Assembly (NCBI GenBank): GCA_041657885.1
Contig: JBBABB010000001.1
Location: 129,094-193,093 of the forward strand
From: Minisyncoccota bacterium
Lineage (GTDB): Bacteria > Patescibacteriota > Minisyncoccia > Phycocordibacterales > UBA9973
Reading direction: 5' to 3'
Length of the DNA stretch: 64,000 nucleotides
Part shown: positions 19,786 through 28,494 of the stretch, one piece after another
How the letters are laid out: each line of letters opens with the position of its first letter
Position numbering within the stretch: the first letter of the stretch is position 1
Notes under the pieces: generated by a model
The model's database searches: none
What the model saw: the letters and a program-made list of their open reading frames with translations, nothing else
What the model was told of the DNA's origin: nothing
Program-made: the position numbers and the translations under genes

Positions 19786-20109
19786 ATGATTTTCCAAATT
19801 ATACCAGTTGCAGAGGCAAGTATAACAACATTAATGAGAAGTATTGATAAAGTAATTATTAACCCTCTTATTGTTTTGTTGTTTGCTCTTGCTGTGGCGT
19901 TTTTCATTTATGGACTTGCAGAATATTTACTATCTCCAGATAATGAAGAAATACGTAAAACAAGCAAGTCCCGTATGCTTTGGGGAATAATAGGAATGTT
20001 CATAATGATTGCAGTTTTTGGAATTATGGGTTTGATTCTTAACACTTTGGGTGAGAAAAATATACAAGTTTATCCTAGTGGGGATTATGAAATTGGGAAT
20101 CTTAAGTAG
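19786..20109 (+). CDS. VirB2/TrbC-type pilin-like protein 5
   Basis: IINPLI, FIYGLAEYL..DNEEIRKTSKSRMLWGIIGMFIM. Confidence 0.85.
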   Translation: MIFQIIPVAEASITTLMRSIDKVIINPLIVLLFALAVAFFIYGLAEYLLSPDNEEIRKTSKSRMLWGIIGMFIMIAVFGIMGLILNTLGEKNIQVYPSGDYEIGNLK

Positions 20110-20130
20110 TATTAAGAATTTGGTAAAAAA

Positions 20131-20156
20131 AAGCGTCTCACTTCTGTGAGGCGCTT
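20131..20156. terminator. Bidirectional terminator between convergent genes
   Basis: A-run, AAGCGTCTCAC-TTCT-GTGAGGCGCTT, T-rich tail. Confidence 0.65.
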
Positions 20157-20169
20157 TCTATTTATGAAA

Positions 20170-20595
20170 TTACAATTTTTTGAATTCACATACGACGGTA
20201 ATTTCCTCGTCGTAGAAATAAAGATCAAAATAGGCAACATGTTTACCTGCATCATGGTATTGTCCGTCACCCCAAATTTCTTTTGGACCATTTTGGGCTT
20301 GATGATAGTATTTTTTGCCACCACCAGAACATGTGTAACTGTACCCAGAAGGAACATCAACTTGCTTCACCTCACCTTTTTTTAAAAAGTAATGTTTAGT
20401 GAATCTACTCGGGAGAGTATCTACACTTTTACTTTGTATTTGAGCTTTTGTAGATGATTCGGCTTCAATTTTTGCCTTTTCTTTTTTCTCAGCCCTTTTA
20501 TTTTTACAGGATTTAAATCCAGAAAGAACAAAGAAAAGGAGAACAATTGCTATAAAGCCGGTCCAAAGCCAGCTTTTCAATTTTTGGTCATTCAT
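20170..20595 (-). CDS. Hypothetical membrane-anchored protein
   Basis: N-terminal TM helix; start overlaps stop of upstream SPFH gene (ATGA). Confidence 0.75.
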   Translation of the reverse strand: MNDQKLKSWLWTGFIAIVLLFFVLSGFKSCKNKRAEKKEKAKIEAESSTKAQIQSKSVDTLPSRFTKHYFLKKGEVKQVDVPSGYSYTCSGGGKKYYHQAQNGPKEIWGDGQYHDAGKHVAYFDLYFYDEEITVVCEFKKL

Positions 20596-21821
20596 GATTT
20601 ACCTCCTTTCATTATTGATGAAATCAAATCTCCTAATCCGGCAAAATTGCCGAGTGAGCCATCATAAATGAATCCTTTACCATCCTTAATCATTTTCCAC
20701 TTCATGATAAAGTTCAAACATTCTCCTATTGAGATATCAGGTTTGGATACTTCAAGAGCTTCCTTTAGTTTTATAGCCTTTTTAATATCTGTTTCTACCT
20801 CATAGGTTTCAGATTTCCGCTCATTTTCTTCTCTCTGGAAAGCAATGTCTGCTTTGTAAATTTCATTATTTGGGTCTGGGCTAACATCCCCAATCGTTAA
20901 TCTTTGGAGATAAGCTCCGGTTTTAATGATCTTGATTTTGACATTTCCTCGCTGGAGATTTTCAAGAAGAGAAATTCTTACCCTGATTTTTTCTTTCAGA
21001 ACATTGACATTGATATCTAACTCCTTAATTTTCTCTGAAAGTCTTTTCCACTTCGAGTCCATTTCTTTATCCCATTCTTTATCCCATTCTTCACCATCTC
21101 CCCATTGCTTTCTAACAATGGCATTAGGTGGATCTTTTTTCCGATACCAATCTAATAAAATAGGAGTAGGAATATCTTCGTTAATCAATTTTAGATAATC
21201 AAAACCCTCATCAATATTTTTACCTTCTGGATTATTAGGATCTTGACATAAGGCTTTGACTAGAAAATCAATTGTCTGCAACTTAGCTGTTATCATCTCT
21301 TGCCAAGTTGTCGGACCTTCCTCTTTGTGTCTTGAGTATTCACGCAATCTTCCTTCTAAAATGTTTGCGATATGTGCATCAACACCTTTATCTTCTCCGA
21401 TGTTGATATACTCTTCACATGTTTCATCATCAATATTCCAAGCCAGAGAAATGGGAATTTTTATGTCCACATTGTCAGGCGTTAAAATTTGTTGAGGATT
21501 AAGCTCTCTCTGTCTCCGTTCTTTGGAGATAAGAAGAATATCGTAGACTATTCCTTTTAGAAAGACCCAATTAAGTCCCTCTCCTAAAATTACTGCCTTC
21601 TTATCTGTTGTCCAGATTTTTTTACCCAATCTAGTCATAAGACCAATATGGGGAGGCTTGTTAGTGATAGTTACAATTCCCTGAATAATTAATCCACCTG
21701 ATAAACAGGTAGTTAATAAAAGCATAATACTTATATGCGGAATTCCCGCAAATAAGACTATAGTACTGAGAGCAAAGATAGCTATCGATACTATTAATGG
21801 AGTTTTGTCGTCTTTTTTCAT
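20592..21821 (-). CDS. SPFH/Band-7 domain membrane protein
   Basis: Two N-terminal TMs, then HIGLMTRLGK..ILGEGLNW..ILTPDNVDIKI.ISL.W, LQRLTIGDV and a coiled tail. Confidence 0.65.
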   Translation of the reverse strand: MKKDDKTPLIVSIAIFALSTIVLFAGIPHISIMLLLTTCLSGGLIIQGIVTITNKPPHIGLMTRLGKKIWTTDKKAVILGEGLNWVFLKGIVYDILLISKERRQRELNPQQILTPDNVDIKIPISLAWNIDDETCEEYINIGEDKGVDAHIANILEGRLREYSRHKEEGPTTWQEMITAKLQTIDFLVKALCQDPNNPEGKNIDEGFDYLKLINEDIPTPILLDWYRKKDPPNAIVRKQWGDGEEWDKEWDKEMDSKWKRLSEKIKELDINVNVLKEKIRVRISLLENLQRGNVKIKIIKTGAYLQRLTIGDVSPDPNNEIYKADIAFQREENERKSETYEVETDIKKAIKLKEALEVSKPDISIGECLNFIMKWKMIKDGKGFIYDGSLGNFAGLGDLISSIMKGGKS

Positions 21822-21931
21822 GATATTTAGTTTTTAATGAATATTTTATTTTGCTTAGATTATATCATTATTATATATAAAAGTCAAGGGGGCTAAAAAT
21901 TAGTTCAACAAGTAAGTGCAACACTTTCACT

Positions 21932-21972
21932 AAACAATAAAAACGACCCTATAAGGGTCGTTTTTATTGTTT
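21932..21972 (-). terminator. Intrinsic terminator (19-bp arms)
   Basis: AAACAATAAAAACGACCCT-ATA-AGGGTCGTTTTTATTGTTT. Confidence 0.8.
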
Positions 21973-21977
21973 TTTCT

Positions 21978-22052
21978 TTATTGAGTGGGAGTTTCAGGAG
22001 TTGGACAAGTACAAGGTTGATTGCCACAAACAGGGCATTTTTCTTCGTTCAT
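21978..22052 (-). CDS. 24-aa Cys-rich peptide (MNEEKCPVCGNQPCTCPTPETPTQ)
   Basis: ATG..TAA ORF with CxxC-x4-CxC, more GC-rich than flanks, followed 5 nt later by a terminator. Confidence 0.6.
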   Translation of the reverse strand: MNEEKCPVCGNQPCTCPTPETPTQ

Positions 22053-22176
22053 ATTATTAATTAATTTAATAGTAATTAAATGGAGAGATAAAAAGACTAA
22101 TTAGTATCTACCATATCTTTTGAGTATAAACTAAATAAGTAAAAAAAGACAGCAAATAAATCTGAGGAAATATATT

Positions 22177-22212
22177 TTTGTGACCCTAGGGGGTTGGAAT
22201 TGAAATCAGATT
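22177..22212 (-). other. Degenerate duplicate of tRNA-Glu 3' end (att-like site)
   Basis: TTTGTGACCCTA.....GGAATTGAA..CAGATT resembles 23302-23333. Confidence 0.6.
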
Positions 22213-22402
22213 GTGGAGAATATAAGGGGATTTAAGAAATTGAGTATAAATTCAGACTATTGACTTATATTATTAGTAGTTGTATAAATATGATATAAAA
22301 CTAGCTCTTTAACAATAGGTTTCCTTTTCGTCGCCAGACACAAGGTTTCAATACTTTGTGCCTGGCGATGATGAACATTTCTAGGTCTATACTAATGTTG
22401 GT

Positions 22403-23017
22403 ATGGATATTCGGCGGAGAACGTCGAAAAGGAGAAATATTATGGAAGCAATTAAAATTATTATTTTGATGATTTTTTTATTTTTATTTCTTTTTATCTT
22501 TTTTTTAATTCTAGTTTTTAATTGGATAAAAGTAACTAATTTTTTATTTCCTTCATTAAAAAGGTGGAGAGAGAAAAAGTGGAACAAAGAAATACAAGAG
22601 ATAAAAGATTACCAGAAAAAATCAGACGAGGAACATAAATTTATCCAGCTTAGAACTAGTTGTAAAGATACATTTGGTTTTGAATTGGAAACAGTCAACG
22701 AAAGTGGCAATCAAAATGAAGTTATTCGAATTGTTAATCTATTAGCTTATGAAACTTCTGAAGCATGTGTCAAGCAAAATATGGAAAACAGAGGAAAAAA
22801 AGTTAAGAAATATGTTCACCCTAAAGATCAAAATAATCTATTCCCCGATTTTATATCATGGGATACAGTAGTACAAAGAAGAAAAATTTCTTGGGCAGAA
22901 ACGAGAGAATTAGCTTTAAAAATTGTTCCAGAACTGAAAGACCAAATGCCTCACTTTAGTGAGTTTGATCCTTTAAAGAGTTATAGTGCAAAACATCTTC
23001 TCAAAAAGAAAATGTAA
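22403..23017 (+). CDS. Hypothetical single-TM protein in tRNA-Glu islet
   Basis: 204-aa ORF (alternative start 22442) with upstream promoter and downstream terminator. Confidence 0.7.
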   Translation: MDIRRRTSKRRNIMEAIKIIILMIFLFLFLFIFFLILVFNWIKVTNFLFPSLKRWREKKWNKEIQEIKDYQKKSDEEHKFIQLRTSCKDTFGFELETVNESGNQNEVIRIVNLLAYETSEACVKQNMENRGKKVKKYVHPKDQNNLFPDFISWDTVVQRRKISWAETRELALKIVPELKDQMPHFSEFDPLKSYSAKHLLKKKM

Positions 23018-23035
23018 AATTAAGTAATTAAATTA

Positions 23036-23068
23036 TTAGCATATACTTCGGTGTATGCTAATTTTTTT
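23036..23068 (+). terminator. Intrinsic terminator with UUCG tetraloop
   Basis: TTAGCATATAC-TTCG-GTGTATGCTAA then T-run. Confidence 0.8.
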
Positions 23069-23305
23069 ATTTCTACCGGGATTGTGAGTACACTTATTGA
23101 ACCTTATCTTAGGATCACTTAGATATGCTTCGCATTCTAGAATAGTGTAGTCACAAGTTACTAAATCTTTTACTTCTTAAAATCGTAAAAGATGTAAGTA
23201 CTCGCGACTCCAGCTCGGCAATTTTTCTACTGAAAAATTATGCTTGCGCTTTCACAAAAGCGAAAAAGACTGGAGCAGTCCAGTCTTTTTGAATTCACGC
23301 TTTTG

Positions 23306-23377
23306 TGACCCTACTGGGAATTGAACCCAGATTACCGGCTTGAAAAGCCGATGTCCTAACCGTTAGACGATAAGGCC
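23306..23377 (-). tRNA. tRNA-Glu(TTC)
   Basis: Reverse complement folds to cloverleaf; anticodon arm TCGGC-TTTTCAA-GCCGG; T-loop GGTTCAATT; no encoded CCA. Confidence 0.95.
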
Positions 23378-23462
23378 CTAAAAAATTTAACAAAAGCATT
23401 GTAGCATTTTTTAATTCAAAAACAAAATTTATAACCATATTATTTTGTGATATAATATCTAA

Positions 23463-24974
23463 ATGATCAAAAAACAAATTGCTTTAATTGTGCTTGATGG
23501 CTGGGGATACAGAGAGGATAAAAAAGATAATGCCATAGCGCAGGCGCACAAGCCTATATTTGATAATATTTGGAATACATGCCCGCACACTACACTTAAA
23601 GCTTCTGGATTAGCCGTTGGACTACCTGATAGACAAATGGGTAATAGTGAAGTTGGACATATGACAATAGGTGCCGGTAGAATTTTGGACCAAGATTTAG
23701 TAAGAATAAATAAAGCTATCTTATCTGGTGAATTTAAAAATAGTCCTGCTCTTCACACTTTGTTTGAGCATGTTGTGAAAAATAATTCTACTCTTCATGT
23801 GGCAGGGCTCGTGTCTCCGGGTGGAGTACATAGCCACATGTCGCATCTATTTGCATTTTTGGAAAATGCGAAAGATTATGGGATTAAAAAAATTGCGATT
23901 CATATTTTTACCGATGGGCGTGACACACCATCTCAAGCAGGAGCCGGATATATTAAACAGCTTGAAGATGTTATTGAGAGACTAGGTGTAGGCGAGATTG
24001 CTTCCGTCTCTGGGCGATTATATGCGATGGATAGGGATAAACGTTGGGAGCGTCTTTCTAAAGCAGAACAAGTAATATTTGAAGGAAAAGGAAATATTTG
24101 TGATATAAAACCATCTGTTTATTTAGAAAATTTATATAACACGTCCATTAAGTCGGATGAATACCTAGAGCCGTTTGTTTGTCAAAATAAAGAAGGTGGC
24201 ACCTATACTTTAAATAAAAATGATGGATTCTTTTTATTTAATTTTCGAGCCGACCGTATGAGAATGCTTACAGAAAAAATAGTAAAAAAATCAAAAGAGG
24301 ATAATATTTGTTTAGTGACAATGACAAATTATGGTAAAGAATATAAAAGTTTAATTGTTTTTCCTCCGGTAAAAATAGAAATAACTCTTGGAAAAATAAT
24401 TAGTGAAAATGGTATGACTCAAGTTCATATTGCCGAGACAGAGAAATTTGCTCATGCGACTTATTTCCTAAATTGTGGAGAAGAAACTCCATATAAAGGG
24501 GAAGAACAAATTCTTATTCAAAGTCCAAAAGGGGTATTTACTTATGATTTAGCTCCAAAGATGTCAGCCGAATTAGTTGCGGATGAAGCAATAAAACAAA
24601 TAAAAAAAGGGACAGATTTTGTATTTATAAATTTTGCGAATGCAGATATGGTTGGACATACTGCCAATGTTCCTGCGATAATAACTGCAATAGAAGAAGT
24701 AGACAAACAACTTGGACGAGTACTTGAAGAGCTTCACTCTAATAATGGTATTGCCTGTGTTACGGCTGATCATGGAAATGCTGAAATTAATATTGACCCT
24801 ATTACAGGATTAAAACATACTTCTCATACTACTGATCCCGTACCATTTATAATGACAGATAGTAGTAAGGAGTTAAAAGAAAAAGGGGGTTTAATAGATG
24901 TAGCCCCTACCGTTTTAGACTTATTTGACATAAAAAAACCAGAAGAAATGACCGGAGAAAGTTTAATTATGTAA
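23463..24974 (+). CDS. gpmI: 2,3-bisphosphoglycerate-independent phosphoglycerate mutase
   Basis: LDGWG, QMGNSEVGH, DGRD, AETEKFAHAT, DMVGHT, TADHGNAE. Confidence 0.97.
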   Translation: MIKKQIALIVLDGWGYREDKKDNAIAQAHKPIFDNIWNTCPHTTLKASGLAVGLPDRQMGNSEVGHMTIGAGRILDQDLVRINKAILSGEFKNSPALHTLFEHVVKNNSTLHVAGLVSPGGVHSHMSHLFAFLENAKDYGIKKIAIHIFTDGRDTPSQAGAGYIKQLEDVIERLGVGEIASVSGRLYAMDRDKRWERLSKAEQVIFEGKGNICDIKPSVYLENLYNTSIKSDEYLEPFVCQNKEGGTYTLNKNDGFFLFNFRADRMRMLTEKIVKKSKEDNICLVTMTNYGKEYKSLIVFPPVKIEITLGKIISENGMTQVHIAETEKFAHATYFLNCGEETPYKGEEQILIQSPKGVFTYDLAPKMSAELVADEAIKQIKKGTDFVFINFANADMVGHTANVPAIITAIEEVDKQLGRVLEELHSNNGIACVTADHGNAEINIDPITGLKHTSHTTDPVPFIMTDSSKELKEKGGLIDVAPTVLDLFDIKKPEEMTGESLIM

Positions 24975-25028
24975 TTTTAATTAGCTTGATAATCATAGTT
25001 TAATTCTGTATAATCAAAAAGTTTATTG

Positions 25029-25118
25029 GGAGGGTTGGCAGAGAGGTTGATTGCACCGCTTTCGAAAAGCGGAATTCTCGAAAGAGGATCACAAGTTCAA
25101 ATCTTGTACCCTCCGCCA
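25029..25118 (+). tRNA. tRNA-Ser(CGA)
   Basis: GGAGGGT/ACCCTCC acceptor, CCGCT-TTCGAAA-AGCGG, long variable arm, encoded CCA. Confidence 0.95.
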
Positions 25119-25130
25119 TCGTAGTAGCAT

Positions 25131-25203
25131 GCGCGGTTAGCTCAGTTGGTAGAGCGTTCCCTTGACGTGGGAAAGGTCATAGGTTCAAATCCTATACCGC
25201 GTA
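25131..25203 (+). tRNA. tRNA-Val(GAC)
   Basis: AGCTCAGTTGGTAGAGC D-arm, TTCCC-TTGACGT-GGGAA anticodon arm, GGTTCAAATCC T-arm. Confidence 0.95.
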
Positions 25204-25205
25204 CT

Positions 25206-25967
25206 ATGCAAAATACACAAATAATTATTTTAGCAGCGGGGAAAAGTAAAAGAATGGAATCAGATGAGCCCAAGGCACTTGCCATGCTTCGTGGTAAACC
25301 ATTTTTGCAACATATTTTAGACACGCTGTCGCATTTAAATTTACCCATTAAACCGGTTATAGTTGTTGGTCATAAAAAGGAACGTATTTTTGAGGTAATA
25401 GGGCGTGATTATAATTATGCTCACCAAGAAGAACAACTTGGAACAGGTCATGCAGTTATGTCTGCTAAAAGTTCTACTCACCCAGACCACAAAATAGTTG
25501 TTGTCCTTTCTAACGACCAGCCATTGATTTCAAAAGAAACAATTCTAAAAATAATTGAAACTCATAAAAATAATAATGCTGTTATTACATTGGGGACTGT
25601 AGTATTACCTGATTTTAAAGATTGGAGAGCAGGGGCATATTACTTAGGCAGAATTGTTAGAAATGAAAATAATAAGGTTGTTGGTATTATTGAGTATAAA
25701 GATGCAAGTGAAAAAGAAAGAGAAATAAAAGAAATAAACTGTGCTATGTATGCTTTTGATTCAGAGTGGCTTTGGGAAAATATAGATAAAATAAAAAATC
25801 AAAATGTAGCTAATGAATATTACTTAACGGATTTAGTTAAATTAGCAAGTGAGGAAGGGAAGATAATAGAAGCTGTTCAATTAAAAAATATAATGGAACT
25901 TTTCCAACCAAATTCAAAACAAGAATTAGAAATCCTTGAAGGAATACTAGCTAATCAAAATCTGTAA
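25206..25967 (+). CDS. GlmU-like nucleotidyltransferase (uridyltransferase domain only)
   Basis: [41 protein letters not shown]; no left-handed beta-helix domain. Confidence 0.85.
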   Translation: MQNTQIIILAAGKSKRMESDEPKALAMLRGKPFLQHILDTLSHLNLPIKPVIVVGHKKERIFEVIGRDYNYAHQEEQLGTGHAVMSAKSSTHPDHKIVVVLSNDQPLISKETILKIIETHKNNNAVITLGTVVLPDFKDWRAGAYYLGRIVRNENNKVVGIIEYKDASEKEREIKEINCAMYAFDSEWLWENIDKIKNQNVANEYYLTDLVKLASEEGKIIEAVQLKNIMELFQPNSKQELEILEGILANQNL

Positions 25968-25986
25968 ATAATAAAATCAAAACGAA

Positions 25987-26087
25987 AACAAATAGTCTTA
26001 TCAAAGGGGCTTTGGAGCGCGTCGGCGCGAGAACTGAGCAAATTTTTAGCAAAAAATTTGAGTACCCTTTGAGAAGAGCTATTTGTT
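25987..26087 (-). repeat. Structured repeat family A, copy 2 (reverse orientation)
   Basis: Reverse complement matches the 27086 copy over about 95 nt. Confidence 0.9.
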
Positions 26088-26102
26088 GTAGTTTTGTGTA
26101 AT

Positions 26103-27029
26103 TTATTTATTTTTATGTATCCAAATGTAGACGTCTTCGAGGGCTTTGACTGCGTCGCCAGCGGCAATATTATTTTGGTGGTATCTACCATTCGTACAAT
26201 CACCCGCGGCCCATATACCAGGGACTGATGTCATTTGCGTCATTGGGTCTACTACAATTTTACCAATTTTATCCATCTCAACGACATTTTTTACAAAATC
26301 AACATTTGGTGTTTGCCCGATTTCTACGAAGATACCCGTTGTTGGAATTGTACTTTCAACTCCTGTAATTTTATCTTTATAAGTTAGAGAACTCACAAAC
26401 TTATCACCATCTACTCTTATTATTTCTGCATTTGTTATTGCTTTAAATTTAGGATTTTCAAAAATTTTCTTAATGGTTATTTCATCGGCTCTGAATTCCG
26501 CACTTCGGTGTATTAATGTTACGCTTTTACAATAGGCGAGGAGTTGAGCCGATGTTTCAAACGCAGCATTGCCCCCTCCTATAACAAGTACATCTTGGTC
26601 TGCAAATAAAGGGCCATCACATGACGCACAATAAGTAATGCCTTTATTTTCAAACTTGTCAGCATTTATAGCAACGAGCTTTCGTCTACCACTACCTGTC
26701 GCAATAAGAACAGCTCGTGAAGTAAATTCTTTCCCTGACTCAGATTTTATTGTAAATATTTTATTGCTTTGAATAATAGAAATAATTTTTTCACTTTCAA
26801 TAATATCTAAATATGATCCCTTATAATAAAGAACATGTTTTTTTAAATTTAAAGCAAGATCTATCCCCGAAATTTCAGGTGTCCCAATCCAGTTATATAT
26901 AAGCTCTGAGACTATAGACTGTCCCCCAAATTCATTGGTGATAATAGCAGTTTTTAGTTGTTTGCGAGCAGAATATACTGTAGCTGCAGTGCCTGCTGGC
27001 CCTCCACCTAATATAATTAAATCGTACAT
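26103..27029 (-). CDS. trxB: Thioredoxin-disulfide reductase family FAD oxidoreductase
   Basis: GGGPAG, YCASCDG, IGGGNAA, AAGDCT. Confidence 0.88.
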   Translation of the reverse strand: MYDLIILGGGPAGTAATVYSARKQLKTAIITNEFGGQSIVSELIYNWIGTPEISGIDLALNLKKHVLYYKGSYLDIIESEKIISIIQSNKIFTIKSESGKEFTSRAVLIATGSGRRKLVAINADKFENKGITYCASCDGPLFADQDVLVIGGGNAAFETSAQLLAYCKSVTLIHRSAEFRADEITIKKIFENPKFKAITNAEIIRVDGDKFVSSLTYKDKITGVESTIPTTGIFVEIGQTPNVDFVKNVVEMDKIGKIVVDPMTQMTSVPGIWAAGDCTNGRYHQNNIAAGDAVKALEDVYIWIHKNK

Positions 27030-27085
27030 AGTAGTTATTTTATACTAAAAAATCAAAAATTCATAATAAAAAAATAGGGTCGTCC

Positions 27086-27186
27086 ATAAAATAGCTCTTC
27101 TCAAAGGGTACGCAAATTTTTTACTAAAAATTTGCTCGGTTCTCGCTCCGTCGAGCTCCAAAGCCCCTTTGATAAGACTATTTTAT
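27086..27186 (+). repeat. Structured repeat family A, copy 3
   Basis: ATAAAATAG...TCAAAGGGTAC...GCTCCGTCGAGC...CCCTTTGATAAGACTATTTTAT. Confidence 0.9.
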
Positions 27187-27196
27187 TTCCTCCCTC

Positions 27197-28378
27197 TTAT
27201 TTCTTATTTCTCCTTAGAAATGCTGGAACGGTACTCCAGTCATCAGTATCATCGATAAATAAATCATCTTCTACTTTTTCTCCCTTTTTTATATAATCTG
27301 AAGATCCGTTTTTTGTTTCATCTTTTTTAACAGCCTGCAATATTTCCTCTTTTGTAGAGTTTACTATAGTTTGCTCCGTGCCTCTTGCTTGCCCCATTTG
27401 GAAGAGTGATCGCTTTGGCATATCTGTAGGAAAACCAGTGGCGATAACAGTAACTTTCATTTCTCCTTTTTTAAGTTTCTCATCTCGGATTGTTCCAAAA
27501 ATAACCTTAGCATCTTTATCAATGGATTCGGTAATAACTTTTGCGGCTTCTTGAATTTCGTGGATAGTTAGATCATCTCCACCTGAAATAGCAAACAATA
27601 CTCCTCTTGCTCCAGAAATAGATAGGTCAAGAAGAGGGGAATTAATTGCTATAAGTGCGGCTTTCTCGGCACGTCCTTCTCCTGCGGCAATTCCAACTCC
27701 CATCAATGCGCTTCCTGCATCAAACATAACCGCCTTGATATCAGCGAAGTCAACATTTATTATACCGGGAGTTGTTATTAATTCGGAGATACCTTCAACG
27801 GCCTGCTTGAGGACTTCGTCACACATAGCAAAAGCTTGTCTGAATCCGACATCTTTTCCTGAAATGACGATAAGTCTATCATTAGGAATAACTAAAATAG
27901 CATCAACTTCTTTTTCAAGTTCAGCAAGTCCAATATCTGCAATTTTCATTCTTTGATTTCCTTCAAAAGAAAATGGTTTAGTAACAACTGCGACTGTTAG
28001 AATTCCTTGTTCCTTTGCGGCTTGAGCAATAATAGGGGCAGCTCCGGTACCAGTCCCTCCTCCCATCCCGCAAGCGATGAATACCATGTCAGCTCCTTTT
28101 ATGACATCTTGTATCTCGGCTTTAGTCTCTTCTGCAGCACGACGACCCACTTCTGGGTTCATTCCTGCTCCCAATCCATGAGTGAGATTTTTCCCCAAGT
28201 GAACTTTTTTTTCTGCAAGTGCGTTATGTAAGTCTTGAGTATCTGTGTTCATTGCTATGAACTCAACTCCTTTAACTTTAGAATTAATCATATGATTCAA
28301 GGCATTTTTTCCTGAACCACCAAGTCCGATGACTTTAATTCTGGCGAATGATTCAATCTCTGGGTTTATTTTAGGCAT
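27197..28378 (-). CDS. ftsZ: Cell division protein FtsZ
   Basis: [16 protein letters not shown]-terminal VPAFLRR; start at MPKIN. Confidence 0.98.
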   Translation of the reverse strand: MPKINPEIESFARIKVIGLGGSGKNALNHMINSKVKGVEFIAMNTDTQDLHNALAEKKVHLGKNLTHGLGAGMNPEVGRRAAEETKAEIQDVIKGADMVFIACGMGGGTGTGAAPIIAQAAKEQGILTVAVVTKPFSFEGNQRMKIADIGLAELEKEVDAILVIPNDRLIVISGKDVGFRQAFAMCDEVLKQAVEGISELITTPGIINVDFADIKAVMFDAGSALMGVGIAAGEGRAEKAALIAINSPLLDLSISGARGVLFAISGGDDLTIHEIQEAAKVITESIDKDAKVIFGTIRDEKLKKGEMKVTVIATGFPTDMPKRSLFQMGQARGTEQTIVNSTKEEILQAVKKDETKNGSSDYIKKGEKVEDDLFIDDTDDWSTVPAFLRRNKK

Positions 28379-28494
28379 ATATTTATTTATAGACAAAAGT
28401 CTTCCATTAATAATAAGTTTATGTAAGTACATAATAGCAGAAATCAAGAAAAAGGGAACATATTGACATATATCTTTTTTATTGTCTTATATTG

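Noticed and set aside
23295-23477. 60-aa minus-strand ORF
   Set aside because: Overlaps tRNA-Glu
25146-25205. N-terminal extension of the GlmU-like ORF
   Set aside because: It is the tRNA-Val sequence; true start is ATG 25206
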